Source: Raillietiella orientalis (lineage: Eukaryota). From it: a stretch of DNA of 64,000 bases. A program made the translations under genes and the position numbers. How positions within the stretch are numbered: position 1 is the first letter of the stretch; each line of letters opens with the position of its first letter. The DNA is taken from positions 1,488,001-1,552,000 of the forward strand of contig JAYWIR010000025.1 of the NCBI GenBank assembly GCA_036172245.1, in the 5' to 3' direction. Below the pieces are notes generated by a model. It was not told where the DNA came from. It did not search any database and was given only the letters and a program-made list of their open reading frames with translations. Shown here piece by piece: positions 24,701 through 39,019 of this stretch.

Positions 24701-25349
24701 AACGAAGGGTCTGGCAGAGGTTCGCAGAGTCTGAATTTTCAACACATTAGAAAAAAAAAAAAAGAAGTCCATAATGGTGATAATGGCAATGATTCAGCAC
24801 CGTTGTTTGGTAGTGAAGACGTAAGGAATCGTAACAACATTGTGGCTTAGAGTAACTGTTGTAATTTTCTTACTCGCTTTTTCGACCTCGAAGTGAGGAG
24901 TGAAATTTCTTGAGGCTCACCGACGTGGGATTTCAGAGTAATTATTAGAGAGAGGTATCAAGGGCATAAGTACAGACGGATTTTAAAAAATAAAAAGGGA
25001 TAAAAACAAAAGCACAAGTATTAGGTTGAAAGCATTCAGTCTTTCGGACCGTTCAGAAGGAAAAGTCTAAGATGGAACAGAGAGTATGAATTCTTAAAGT
25101 GTGACACTACTTTTCTCAAATGATCACGTGACTTTCATGCACGACATCATCAACAAAATAAGAAAGCTTCTCTTCATTAACGAAGTGCAGGTTCACGGAT
25201 GTTTTGACGGAAGTAACAGAACATTAAAGAAACTAGGCTTCTGATGACCATGTTGACCTTCCTAAGGGAGCACCAATTGTGTGTAATGTTCGCCATTTGA
25301 ATGAAATGCGTAGCCACATCCAGTTGGCATCTTACGAATGCTCAAACTT

Positions 25350-26680
25350 TTTTCATTGATGAGGGATAGTTCAAATAGTTGTGGGCAAGTTTTTCACCAT
25401 GGCTACAAGAGTTACCAGACATAAGAAACTGAATTCTTAATTCCTTTGAGTAAACGCTGATTCCAGACTACCTGCATCTTCAGAAAAACTGGTGTCTGTC
25501 TTCGTTTCAGATAGTCTACCTGAATGCATGGATTCTCATCTTGTCGGTGTGATAATAGATTTGTTCGCTATTGATACCGGAAACCACAAAATTTTTCTAA
25601 TGCTTTCGAATGCTGAAGGAAATCAGAGGTAAGTGCATTTTGTGGTTATGCAAACGAGTTGCCATTGTGAGATTGGTTGGAATCATGATCCCCCCTATAC
25701 AGATCTGACTTCTTCTTCGTCTGACAGTACAGAGGAAAACAAATCTAGAGAGGAATTCCTAAGCAATCTGAGAGCAACCGAGTAAGAAGAGGTTGATGAT
25801 GATTGTGAATGAACTTGCGGAAATTCAAGGCTCCTTGAAATTTCAAGCTTACATCATGAGATTCATTTATACAAAGTAGCTTTTCTGATAGATTCAGGAA
25901 GACTTTTTTCTCGTGACTGATTTGACGACCTCAGGAGCAAATTTCAGCTACTCAAAATGATTTCCCAACGGGAGAAACGGACGAGACTTGAAGGCTAAGG
26001 AAAGGGCTGGAAGCGCAGTATTTCGGAGAAAAAGAGCTATCACTTTCAATGAAATGAAGACGCAAGCAAAACGCAAGTTGCACGAGACAAAGAAAAGGAA
26101 CTTGTCAGTCTAGCGTTTAGAAGGAAAAATGCCTCCAAAGAGAATCAAGTGGGCTTTTTTTTTCTCTATATGAATCTCCAAAAGAATAGGGGGACATTTT
26201 CTCGAAGCGATTCTCACAACAGAAACGTGAGACAGTTGCTGCCATGAACAAATGTAAACGCTATATGATTTCCCGCAAAATCACTGGGAGACGAGGGAGA
26301 ATGTGAAGAGGTTCCAGTAACTTGCTGCCTAAGGAGCTCACTATTTTCAAGCGATTTCTTGGGACAGAAGAAAAGGTGAGGCCGTTTTTCATTACACAAA
26401 AACAGGTGCCCTTGGGAAGAAACAGAGATGAATCTCGAAAGCTCCATCACCAAGCCATGTGGAGGTGAACAGTAATTCGAGACACAAATGGCGAAACCAA
26501 AGGAAGGGACAAACTTATTTACGCCTGATTGCTACAAATGATGCTGGAGAGAAACTGTAGATCGAATGACAAGAGGAATCCTTCAATCTTTACTCTTCTG
26601 TCGGTGGGATCTGCAGCCCACAAGGCGTGTTCTGGCCGATAATTCTAATGGGATGATGTTGGAACACACCATCTCCTTCC
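25350..26680 (+). mobile_element. Decayed LINE ORF2 remnant (post-endonuclease to pre-RT region)
   Basis: AVFRRKRA (~AxIRSRA) and LESSITK...FTPDCYK*CW (~LExPIT...GLTxEFYKxFW). Confidence 0.4.
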
Positions 26681-29600
26681 TGATGCTTTCCGCCCATCTC
26701 CGTAGAATCACGTACTTCTTCCCACACCTCATCGTCCTCTGGATCTCAGGATCCTAAGTATTCTAAGGCCAGAGCGCTTGCTGGCGCAGGGACTCCTCTG
26801 TCGAGCAGTGAAGCTCATTTGCCTGAAGTCCCTTCCCTTTTTCCCCTGATTTTCAAAGACCTTGGAAAGCTTTCGAAGGCTCGAGACGCGTCCAACACGC
26901 CTTGTTCCTCACCCAATAGCACCAAGTCCGGGAGAAGCAAGCAGCAGACTGCAGGTATAAGCTGGCCCACAGATCTCGTCGGAGGGAAGAGGAGCACGGA
27001 AGCACAAACTAGAAACAGCATTGCTCTCGAATAGCCGATGATGCGATAAGAGACTGTGGAAGATGGTTGGATTGCAACGATCCACGTCGAAGGAATCAAT
27101 TAGTGTTCGCATCCTGCCCATCTGGAGTGCCAACGCGGTACTGATGGTCATCATCCTCAATTGCATCAGGATAATTCCTGTGGATGACTTAGACTAGGAG
27201 TGAAGAAACTTTTCGGCCTACAACCACAGGCAGAGATTTCCGTGAATCAGAAATCTCCACCCTTGCAGAGTGGAAAGATTTCTGTAGGAAGATTTCTGAT
27301 GCAAGAAGGTCAAATTTTATGTAAGAACAAGGGCGTGTATAAGGAGCTTTGACTGTCCTGAAGGCTGAAAGCATTCGTCATGGAAAGACTAATAAAGAAA
27401 GAAAGGGGACACTGATAATTTCTCAATTTGCAGGTTTAAAAACACTTTGGAACACTATCAAGAATCGTAATCGAAAAAGAACGGGAAGGACGCAAGGAAT
27501 TGGGAATCATTGAAACATTCAAAATTTGTGAAGCGTGCACACAGGAGGCAGGTCTTCCGTTTCGCCATCTCACGAAGAAAAAAAAAAAGTGAAAGCAAAG
27601 AACAAAATACACTTCCTGCTGACTTCCAAGAGGCCTGCTATCTTGACGTGCTTCTCCCTCGGAAGCAGGGAAACACCATAGCACAGTATTTCAGGGATTA
27701 CCTGAGAAGTTTTTGAAAGGATCATCGTAACGCAGGAAGCTGCTGGTCTGACAGAATAAAAGGAAACGAAGCTGCAGTCAGTTGCGTCCCGGAACACTGT
27801 TCTCAGGAAGAAAGAGCCATGAGGAAACACTCGTTTTGGTTTTCAATTCTCGAACCGTTTAACGGACAGAAGCAGAGAAGGCTCAAGATAGTCCTGGATA
27901 TCTGTTGGCTTTGCTATGCGACTTAGAATCCAGATCACGCTGTGCTTCGTTCTTAAAAAGGTTACCCGGATCGGAGCAACTTTTCCAAATCAAGAAGGAG
28001 CTGAAGATCAGGATTCAGTGAACTCATCAAACTGATTTCTTCTCATTTCAAACAGATGGACTAAAAAAAAAAAAAAGGCTGATTCACCGCTCTTGGGTTT
28101 GAGAGGAAGCTAAAGAAAATCCTGCGGAAGGAAGACTGAAAGAAAGGCTCTCTTTCAAATGCATGTCGAAAGATAGATTTGTTGAGGAATCGAGCAAAAA
28201 TCCGACGTAGATACAGGGAGGAACTGCAATACCCTTATTTCTGTCTTGGAAATCCCTTTCTTGCTCAGTCGCACCATTGGAGCTTTACAGCGAGTTTTGT
28301 GGCTTATGGCTTCTTCGGTTGCATCTGACGATCCTTCCAGACTACCAGCTAAACCACCTTAACCTCCGTCCCCTGCCATGTTTGAGAACGACACTGGAAT
28401 GAAGCGCATCACTTGAGAGAATTTTCTCATCAATGATTGGAACAATGGGGACGCGATTGTTGGCTGTTGCAGTTCTCTCTTTCCCAATGAACTGACTGTG
28501 GGAAAGCTGACGGCTATAACATTTGGGCCCTTCATCCACCTGATTACTTATTGTCACCATTGTGGTCCCTTCTGGACTACCTCCTAACGTGAGGAGTCAC
28601 ACGCACTCTCGGGTGGCGTGGGCAGTGTTAAAGAGTTTCGTGAGCCTCTCCGTGAGTGCGGACGGTTCTTCAGCATTTAGCGAGCCAAAAAAGAGAACGA
28701 TTGAGCGAGATATTCCTTTTCGATGTGGTTTGCTCTGTTTCATCACTTCGGCGAAGTACCTTTTTCCCCCGATCAGTAACGTTGTCGAGAAGAACGCGCA
28801 CTATGGTAGCGCGGCAATCTCATCAGCCAACTGCCAACGCACATTAATGACTATATCTTTCTTAAACCAGATTCGTGGGTGAGAAATTGTGAAAAAAAAT
28901 TGTGAAAAGAATTGTGAAAGCTGGACTCACAGCATTCTAAACAGCCTCGACATTTCCTGTGCGCAGAACCACTCTTATGTTTGACCCTGTATTTACAGAC
29001 TGTAATGCTGCTTCGTCTGGGAACTTCTTGTTCCAGCCATCCCCCCTCCCCCGAAACCTAAAAATGCTGCCAACGGGTTCGCAGGGCTGCTGCCCAGCAT
29101 GCAGTTTAATTCCTGCATCTCACTGACTCCTTCCTGTAGATATGAACTTCATCCACATCTTCCACTCACAGAGTGAGCTAACGGAGGGTAAGAACCAATG
29201 ATGGAGAGGATCATTTATTACCATTCAACACCTGAAGAGCCTGTAGTCCTGGAGAATAGCTTTATCCCGGTCTGTGACCCAGCTGGCCTATGCTCCGGGA
29301 GCACTGCCTGTTAGAGAGCGCTACTTCTCTATCGATGTGCTCCACCAGCCTAAGTCTCAGTTCTTGACGCAACGTCGTCGCTTTCAGGAGCCTATAAATA
29401 CAGCAGGGTCGTACGGAGATGACTCACACCAGTGCACTTACTCCTCCTTTAAAAGAGGAATGTAGGGACAATCCTCAGCTCTTGCTCTCGTTTCTTTGTG
29501 CTGCTCTCCTCCAGAGGCGAGCCTAAACGTTTGTCAGAGCAAGAGACGTGCACCATGATCACTCTTCTGTATCCCTGAAGCACGGAATACATCCGCTGAT

Positions 29601-32149
29601 TGAAACGTGTTTTTGGAATGGCTGATCCGAGGCCGACTTCCAATTTTCCTGCTTACTATTCTTGGACCGGGATACCATCTGGTACTTGCCTCCTAGCAAT
29701 CATCATCGAGTTGTCAGACTAGTGGATAGGGCTTAGACATTCCTTCCATACCACATATCTCATGCCGTCCGTGGTGGGGTGCTGCTCGCAGAAATAGTGG
29801 TGGGTTAGGAGACACTCCATGGATAGATAAATCGGTGGTCACCACAATCTTAAAATCTTCTCCATTAGACGTAGACTGCGTGCGGGCACATGGCGCTTCT
29901 CGACTCTGAACATCTTCCCTTAGTCGAGATGCTTTTTAATGGGAGTTTCTCCTTCGCCGTAGGCCACTCTCAGAATGGATTTGATTTTGTGTCTGTATCA
30001 AAAGTAACTTTATCGAAAGCTGCATTTCCAAATGTGCTTTTCGGTCATCGCGCAAGTTCCATCTCCGAAGCCTTACGGAGGTTCTGAATTTTTATCGATC
30101 CTTTTCCGTTGGATGAAGGAGTTCCGATGGGGTGGAACGTTTTTTTCTCCCCTTCGTTCAGCAGAGTTCTTCGGATGACAGCATGTTCTTGGATGATTCT
30201 GGAATTCTCAAAGATTTGAATACGTCAGGGTGGGTGCACGTTTTTCCTAGTTTGGGTTTTCTTTAGCCTCCCATCCGAGAAGACATCTTTGATATGCACT
30301 ACCAGGCATCGAAAGGCCACACTTGCAGCAAGATGTTGTAACGACTACAAAATGAAACTCGAATCCCCGTCCATCTATTTTCATGTTTTGGCTTCAGCAT
30401 TTGGATGTTAACTACCATGGTAACCAGTGCCTTTCCACCTCCCCTATACAAGGAGCTCATTTCCATTGCTGAGTGTTCTTATTCTCGCGTATTCTTGAAC
30501 TACGAGAACGGTATATACCAAGGCAATCAAACGATGGTCACCACAATCTTAAAATCACATGTTGAAATGGAAGAAAAGCGATGCTCCTCCGAGGCTCAAT
30601 GCAATGAAGAAAGAGGAGTGCGTGTTTCAAAGGCAAACGGGACGTTTTCAACCTTGGACCGCACTAATCACGTGTCTCGTAGAAGAAGCACCGAGCATTT
30701 TTTCTGATGTTTACCAGCGAAGGGACTCCACTGATAGGGAAGGCAGACTCGGAGGTCCTTTGGTTCGAAAGATTTGGGATGTGGATGAAGACGCATCGGT
30801 TGCTTACCGAGGGATTTCAGAGGCCAGTCAAGATTGAAAGCATAGTTGGTGTGGTCTGCGCTGAAAGTTGAATTCTGTTGTTTTGCTGAGGAAAAAAAAA
30901 GTGGACACTGATGGGGTAGCAGACACTCCAGGAGGTTTCTTATGGCTCTCGCAAAGGTTTCGATAGACCACTGAGCCAGATCAAAAAGGAAAACGGAAAT
31001 CTTCAGCTCAGAATTCCGAGTCAGAATCCTGTAGATGAATTCTACGCTGCCATTGAGCTGCGTATCAGCTCCTGTACGTGCGTAACAAGTAGCTCAGTTT
31101 TCCGAAGAGCTGGGCTTCTGAGAAAATGCCTGGAATTCCCACGAAAAGAATCCAAAGCCCGAACCGCCATCGTTCCCAATGAACGAATCTATTCCTTAGC
31201 TCCGTTTGGGGAGGAATTCGTGCCATGTGAAACACGATCCGCTCCCCAAATGACCAGTCGGCGAATTTTCGGAAGTGCTAGACAAATCAACCGACCCTTG
31301 GGAAAATCCGACCTGAAGGTTCTCGTCCTTTCATCGTCTTCGCCCTTGCCTTTGAAAGACTTTGCAACAGAGTGGGGAATGTGAAGAAAATGGACGGAGA
31401 ATGTAGAGGCAGCGCCTGCTTACCGATCCCAGGAAGCAAAAGTTTCGAGGTTCGTCGAGGTCGTGGGTCACCTCGGGAATTCCTGCCCACCCATATGACC
31501 AGCCGGCGATCGGTCCCTGCAATTCCCTTGAACGGCACCAAACGATGCGCCCCAGCGCCTCGTTGGGAACTTCCCCACGGAAAAATCGAGAGCGCGAAAA
31601 CTGCGACATCCGCGCTTTCTGGCTGATGAACCCAGCCACAGAGTTTTCTGTGCCTGGAACGCCTCCCTGCCTGCCGCTTCCACCACCATCCGTGACTCCT
31701 ATTCTTCTGTTCCCTCCCTTGGGTTCAGCCCCCGTTCCTCTGAAGCGGAGACCGAGAGGAACAGCGGAAGTTTTTCGGGATTCCCACCCTCACCCTGCGG
31801 ACTGAGAGTACCAGGCAAAACCCACCCTCCCGCGATCCCCGCGCGAAGGCGACTGCAGGTCATCGATCACCGCGGAAAGCGGCGGTAGGTCGGATCGCAA
31901 AGCACCTCATTGTTTCGAGGTGGTGAACGAGATGAGTGAGGAGGGGAGGGTGGGGCAGTTTCGGGGAGGGACGGCGGCCTTTTCCTCGAGGTCAGACAGC
32001 ACGAGCAACTATAATTTGGGAAGGCGTTCTCTGTTGCCACGGGTCGATGGGTGGCTAATCGAGGATTCGGACTGAGGTCGGCTTCTCCATTGATAAATTG
32101 AACGTTTTCGCCCCTTAATAAAACATTCTGGTACCAAAATGCTGACCAG

Positions 32150-33560
32150 GACCCATCACAATTCCTCTAAGGTCACACAGGGCAGCAGGGCAGCTATCAC
32201 TTTAAGCAAGGAAACCCACGGAGGAATCTCCAACTGCCGCAGCCGTCAGAGGCCAGTGGGCCGCGTTTGGTGGGCAGAACCGGCGAGACGAGGAGAAAAG
32301 CATCAGGGTCAGCGGAAGACGACGCTCCGAAAGTGGGTATCGGGAAAGGAGGGGAAACGAAAGCGGGCGCAAAGGATAAAGCTGGCCATCGCTAATCCCG
32401 TGACCTCACCGGGTCCACGGTCACTGCAGCACGTTATCTTTTTGCTCCCCTCGGTCTCTTTAGTAGGCTGGTCGCGACGGCTCCTGCCTCCACCACGTTC
32501 CTCTCCCGTGGGAAGGATGACGAGCGGTGCCTGCCCGGAGGGAGGGAAGCAGATGAGACTCCGCCGGAGGTCAGCAGTGACCCCGGCGTGAGAGCTGGCA
32601 GCCGGAGCCAGGCGTACGTGCTCAAGACGAATCGAACCTCCTGGTTGTTCTCCCTAGGATGGCTGCTCCTCGCCGAAGCAGGACAGTCTCGTCCGGTCAA
32701 GCGAATGATCGGAGGCCCCTGGGCGAAATGGTCTTGACCTTTTCTCAGGCTCTGAATAGGTATGAGGTCGAGTTGCTTAACCTCGGAGCCTCGGGCTGCC
32801 GGATCTTCGAGGGCCCACCGGACCCATTCTGGTAGGTGGGATCCGCGCCGTGGGATGTAAGCAGACTCGGGGTTGCGGCGGCCCGGTAGGGGTCTTACGA
32901 GACTCCGTGGAAGGTGCCGGTTGCTATGGGCAGCAGGGAGGCGGTGGCAATTCTGGATCCCCTGAGGAGTGACTCCGGTCTCTCACCGGCCGAAGCCACC
33001 GACCCCGACGATGCACCAGGAGTCGAGAGCTAACACCCAGCAAGTGGGACAGAGCCGTTCCGGCATCTCTTCGTCAGAGGATCGCAGCAGCTTCCAGAGA
33101 GGGAAAGAGGAGTGCGAAGGAGCACGCGGAAGCGTTCGGGAACGAACTCTCACCTTGACGCATCTGGTGATACCTCCGAGGTGCGACGTGCTGAGGAGGG
33201 ATCCATGTGAGCAGCTTCCGGGCATGGTTGAGCCGATCCCAAGTTCTGAGCAGCAGATTCCAGCGAGCAGTTACGATCAGATTCCCAACGCAGAGTGGAC
33301 AAAGATGAAAAGAGGGAGGAGGATGAGAAGCGAAGGTGGAGGGCGAGGAAGGATTCAAGACCATTCGATCTCACCCCAGTAGGTAACCAAAGCCATCCCT
33401 CCACACTTCTTCGTATTGGCTGATACGAGCAGTTCACGCTGATCTTCCAGTAGCAGACTTGGTGTCTTTCAGCAGCACTAAAGGATGGCGATCTCGTTAC
33501 CAACCACTCTCGAGCACTCCGGAACCCTTCAAAGTCCAATCAGTGGAACACATTCACAAG
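32150..33560 (-). mobile_element. L1/Tx1-like endonuclease-domain fragment
   Basis: LLKDTK (~LQETK), GDxNC (~GDFNC), QLDLI (~RLDxI), ASDHS and RRFDSS (~WRFNSS) in the correct order. Confidence 0.5.
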
Positions 33561-34340
33561 AACCGAAGGGTAGGATTAGTCTCCATTCCTTTTGTTCTTT
33601 CTCCCTTTATCGGTGGGTTCCACTTGTCTTCCCCTTGCTCGAATCAGGAGCGTCGGGTTGTGTATGTCTTCGAGATCAGGTAGCTCTACCTCCAGAGTTG
33701 TGGGCCCGAACAGTTCGAGCTCGGCTTTGATCCAGAAATCGGTAACACGAACGTGAGGCTTCCCATGTTTCCAGGCCGATACTCTGGCTTCCGGAGCAGC
33801 TTCTATTTTGTGGAATTCTAAACAGTTTTTTTTTTTTTTCGAAATATAGTTGATGACGGGAACAGCTTTTTCAGGATTTTTTGCGCGCACCCTCTCCGAC
33901 TTGAGGGTGGGAAGGGAGAGGGGCGAAAGGAACACTTGGTACCCTCCATCGAGAGATGCAACTGAACTTGCTGCTCTCATGCAGTGCTTAGCACCTGCAC
34001 ATCCTGAACAAAAAACAGCGAAAATGAAACCACTGCAAAAGAATTGAAGCATGTGGTTCTGCGTGACTTTGTCCTCACTCTTCACAGGGCGCAAAATGCA
34101 GCACCTAACTTGTCTGTGAAGCGTTTCGCGAGAGATTACTCTTGGATCTGTAAGATGGCAGCATGGCAACCTTCTTCATATCATTTCGGTCGTTCGCATA
34201 CCAAGCTAATTACAATAGCAGAAATGATTCTGGACCCTTTTGGTCAGTGCAGCGAGATGCACATTCTACGGGAGCATGCACTGGTCTCTTTTATTTCATC
34301 TTGTGAAATGCAAAGGCCAATTTTATTTTAAATAGAGTTT

Positions 34341-34376
34341 AAGTGAAAACAAAGACCGTGGTCTTTGTTTTCACTT
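34341..34376. repeat. Perfect 17-bp inverted repeat with a 2-nt loop
   Basis: aagtgaaaacaaagacc-gt-ggtctttgttttcactt. Confidence 0.9.
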
Positions 34377-34779
34377 GAATTCATCATCCGCATAAAGCAT
34401 TTGTTCCAGTATCCATGATACCGACGTCACGCTGCTAAAAATTTATCAACTTTGAATCCAAGAGTCAGTTTCCGAACCAATGTTTCCTTTTCTTGATTCA
34501 GAATTCCCCCTTGTACTCCGGTCTTCTACATTCTCGCAGCTCCCCTCGTGATGCATTGAGTTGCCAAAGTCTGTGCAAACTCACCCACTCACTCGTGCCC
34601 CCTTTTTGAGAGGGTTCACATCCAAGTTTCAAAAACCTTTTTCCCTGCGGATCCACTTGTTCGCCTCGGGTGACTCAGCTCAGTGCGATCGTTTTTTTCA
34701 TGATGAGTGGAAAAGTACCGTCACTTCAAGCCCAACTGTTCAAGGAAGGCACAGGGAGCCTTACACGCCAGCATCTCTC

Positions 34780-35730
34780 TCTCCGCAACCCCTTCTATGC
34801 ACTTGCGAGCGAATCCGCGTTACCAAGGCAAGCACTGCAACCACCCACCCGCCACCCAAATGAAATTCAGGAGACAGGAGAGCCGGAAAGGCAAGCTGTC
34901 GGAGAGAACGAGGATTTCGCCAGACCTGAAACGATCTGCCTGCAGGAGCCACGGCCGTCACTTCGATTCGGCGCGAAGTCTTCAGCGCATCGTCCGGAAC
35001 GCAATCTTCCTCCCCAGGACGTGCGAAGACGATCCCATCTGTTGCTTGCTCCGCGGAAGATTGCCGCCGCAGAGCTAGCTGCGGCAATCGCATGCGACCT
35101 CCTTCGTCCAACCACTCCCGTGCTCCACCATCCTCCAGACTCGAAAAGTCGTCTGTGGACTCGGGCCGTCCTTGACCACTGGTTTCCGGTACCTCGAGCA
35201 GACGGATGGCATAATTAGTCAGCTTGTGGTTTCTGTCGAACATTCCTACTCGGCATCATCTACTTTCGTATGCCCTCATTGTGTGAGGCATCTTCACTTG
35301 GTTTCGGAATTCAGGTGGCTTGGTCGAAAAAAGTGAACTGATCTTGTTACTCTGGACCGGACTTTGATACGGAACTCTGGCTTGAAAGTAAAGACTGTCT
35401 AGACCCACATTGGCTGAGAAACTGCGATTACTTTAGAGTATGTTGTCGAAAATCATAGAAACTCTTTGGAGGTTTGCACTTTCATGTATTTCTCTCCTTC
35501 GTGAGAAGGTTTTTGGCATCCTCTTGCTTGTTTCGATCATCATTCGTGCTCGGTGTTGAAAATTTGGATGCTGTCGATCGTAGTAGGATCCAGCAACAAT
35601 CCTTACTCCTTTGTTCTCCTTACTTTCTTTTTCTCCCTGCTGTCTTCAACTTCTAGATGGAACTATCTAGTGGTTTAGATCCAAAAGTTTTCAAGCCTCT
35701 GTAGCCGATCGTGCCCCATCTGATTTCTTC
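34780..35730 (+). mobile_element. LINE ORF1-end / ORF2 endonuclease remnant
   Basis: NPFYAL (ORF1 end), PETICLQEP (~PDIICLQET), then segments resembling YAP, GDFN, SRxDY and SDH. Confidence 0.45.
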
Positions 35731-37479
35731 GAGAATACAGTTGCTGCACTGAATGCTTTAAGAATCTGTTAATCAATAGCATGATTCTTAAGCTTTTCTT
35801 TTTTTTCATTAAATGATGCGTTCATCTCGGTGATTTACAGGGATCCTACTCAGGGGACTAAAATGGTAGACTTTGATCTGCGGAAGTCAGATTCGTATCA
35901 GGAAATGGATTGCCGATAAGAACAAAAAAGAGCGTTGGAACTGCAAGTCTCAAGCAAGGAAAACGCTCGAGGGTCATAAAAAGACACTTGCACATAAGAT
36001 TATGGACGAAGGCACGGTACCATCAAACTAAGAGGTTTAATGGAAGTTTCGAAAAGAAGTTTTTGTGTATGCATGGGTGTGCAAGGTGTCAGACACGGCT
36101 TTGAAGCTCAGTCATGTTTCAAAGTGCTTGGCATAAGCGAATGTATTCTTTTTGAAAGAATAGGTGAGAGGATGGAATTCTTTCCCAAAGAAACGAGTGC
36201 TGGCAGTTTTCGTTGTCGTGCTCCATAGCCGGCACGAGGATGGAAATCCCTGTTCTTTCTGGGATTTCCAACACGTTCTGTAGCTATGCAGTCTCTCTTG
36301 CAGAACGTGTAATTCTTGGCATGATCATGAAGCAATCATTGGTCAGGAGGAAGACCTCTTTGGCTTAACCCTCTCTCTCTCTCTTTACGGTAATTAATTC
36401 TTTGATAGTTTAAAAGAAAGAAAAAAAATCAGCCAAGAAATGGAAGATTCTGACATGCACGCGCACGTCACAGTCGCTCGTCCTCCATCTTCCGCATGCT
36501 GGAAAATACTTAGTTGGAACATGATCACCTTGCTCGTCTCCTTGCTCGTTTTGGTGATCGCCTTCCGCGTGGACTTTCAGAAAGCTGATGAATTAAGTTC
36601 CTCATTCAAGCCAGTCTGTTTCATTCTAAGGAAACGAATTCCATAATCTTTCAGCGGAGTGTGGAAGCATTTTTTTTTTGTGGACCTGCACGTTTTGCAT
36701 GCATTCCTCGTGCTCGCCTGCGCAAGAAAAAAAAAAAAAAAAAACGCATAACCAAACAAGCTTATCCTGATTGTCTGGTTACAGTGAGGACCTCCAGATG
36801 AATAAACAAGCACTTCTTGCCGCAGCCCCCTTTACTACGAGCGCGAACGATCCGTGAGCTGTCCTTCGCGTCAGGCCACCACCATATCAGAATCATTTCG
36901 TATTCCCGGACGCAGCAGGAGAAACGAAGATCAATCCAGGAAGCAGCCGCGACTTCCAGAGTTTCTAGATCTCCCCGGATTCGATCGGCTGAAACGCATG
37001 CAACTCCGCCCTTCCTGAAAGATTTTTTTCGCGAATCGCACCTGTTGGTCCGGAAAGCGGAAAAAACCAGCTCTTCCACTTGACTTATCGCGCTCTCAGG
37101 TGCAAGCATCACGGACACGAAAAGACCAGTCACCATCACTTCGACCTCGGAATCTGCTTAGCAAGAATTTCTTAGGTAAACAGCTGAAATGCTTCATCGA
37201 GTTCCCAAAACTCTTCGACTTGTGGAAGATCCACTCGAGCATATGTACCCATGTTTGCCCGTGAGCTGTTCGATCCGTTTCGGTTTGCAGCTCTCTGCTT
37301 CTTTGTCGGGCAGAGTAACTTGGAGGGCAAAGGCGAAGCCTTTCTTTTATTATTATTATTATTATTACTATTCTGTTTCCGTGGAAACGCCCATCGAGGC
37401 GGTGCAAATGTGGGGCTCGAATTGCATCCTTGAAAGCAGAGATTAAACCGCGGAGCAGGGACGCAGCAGGCAGAAGGGG

Positions 37480-38560
37480 CAGCGCGAATTCAAACGCCCT
37501 TCTCGCACCAGTGGTTTCGCTTTCCGCGACCTACGGGACATTCGAAGGCAAGAAGATGCGTGTGGCTATCGAAAGCCGGCGGTCGGTCGTCAAGCAGGTC
37601 CACTAGTCCGATCGCCGTCACAGCGAGCCACGTTAGCGGGACTGTCTCGGCGAAGAGAACGCCTCCAGCACGTTCTGACCCCACGAGCAAAGGTGTGAAA
37701 CTCAACCCGACGCACCTTTTCGAGAACGCGCAGGAACCGGAAGGTCTTTCGCTGGAAGGTCGTCTCTCGTTCGAGCACGCTCATGATCGATGAAGGGAAG
37801 CAGCGCTGACGGAGGCAGGGACGTTTCCTCCTGAGGACGCTTGCAAGAGTAGAAAAAAGTCCTTGGACGCTTTGATCTCGGGGCACAAAGCAGAGACCAT
37901 GAAAGCGGTCATTCCTGGATCCCGGAAGGCAGAAGGTGGGCTCCTCATCGCTGCGATTCCTTCCTCGTCTTCTTCCGGGTTTATCGCATTCGGACCTCGC
38001 CCACGAGAAGGGGAAGGGAGAGAGGGAGGCGAGTGAGTCGGGCCTCGGACTCGAAGCCGAAGGCTACGGGTTTCGGAGTGACCATGCGGAAGGAGGGAGG
38101 GTTCCGTGAACTCTTTATACTGGTTTCGGTGGTGTCAGGAAAAGAGCGTGTCGGCTCCCTGGGAGAAAGCAGCTGGACGTGCGACGCGAGGTGCCGACAG
38201 TTCCGTGCGTCTTCCTGCAGGAGCGGAGATGCGACCGTGAGTCTTCCGGGGAAAACGACCGTCGTTGGGTAATCTCGGAAATCCTTGGAGGAAGCGCGAG
38301 CCAGCTCGCTGCTCGCGCGGGATGCTGCAATCTTGACGCGAACTCCGAAAGGGGGGGGAGGGAGAGAAAATTTCCGGAGGTGCGAAGGCAGGGGAGGAGG
38401 CGAACAAGGGACGTTCGGAAGTACCGAGTCTCGGGCTGACCGAGGTGTAGAGAAACCCTCCGATCTCACTTTCCCGGGATAGAGCCTTCCGTCCTTCCGC
38501 CTGTTTGAAATACACTGCCAAGCAGGGACAGATTCCAGGTTCTTCAACCGTAGGATGCAT
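37480..38560 (-). mobile_element. LINE ORF1 zinc-knuckle / ORF2 start remnant
   Basis: VVFPGR...ARNCRHLASH (knuckle-like) followed by SVQGL, VLERET and AGGVLF (endonuclease N-terminal motifs). Confidence 0.4.
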
Positions 38561-39019
38561 CATCCTTCTTCCTGAGCATCCTGTTTTTTCGGGATAGAGG
38601 AGGGGGGATCGTTCCAGGGCAGGATTGGGAGGACTGGAATTTGCTTTCCTCCTCCCCTTTCAGCAGCATCACTGTCTTTCGAAAAGCGAAAGGAAAAGGG
38701 AGGGGGGGAGGAAGCAAGGAGTTTCTTTGGCTCGGCCTAAGTTTGCCGGAAAGATGAGTCGAAACGAGGGGACGGTCATTTCGAAAAATCTGATGAAACA
38801 GGATGAGGTCCAGCGAGCGACGGGGCTCTTGGAAATCCTTTTGAGGAGAGTTTGGGAAACGTTTGCCGTTCCCTCCGACGCTCCAGGAACCAGGAAAACC
38901 AGAGAAATCTCAAGAGGTGATGGAAGACGCCAATTCTCTCTTCAGTGATGGAACTCCGGTTTCCAGGAACCACCCGGCCGACGTTCCCTCCTGCTCCGTT
39001 CAGGAAGAAGAACGCGAGA

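Noticed and set aside
37347..37372. (TAT)n microsatellite, also (CAG)n at ~46415-46439 and (CAA)n at ~57721
   Set aside because: Ordinary short microsatellites
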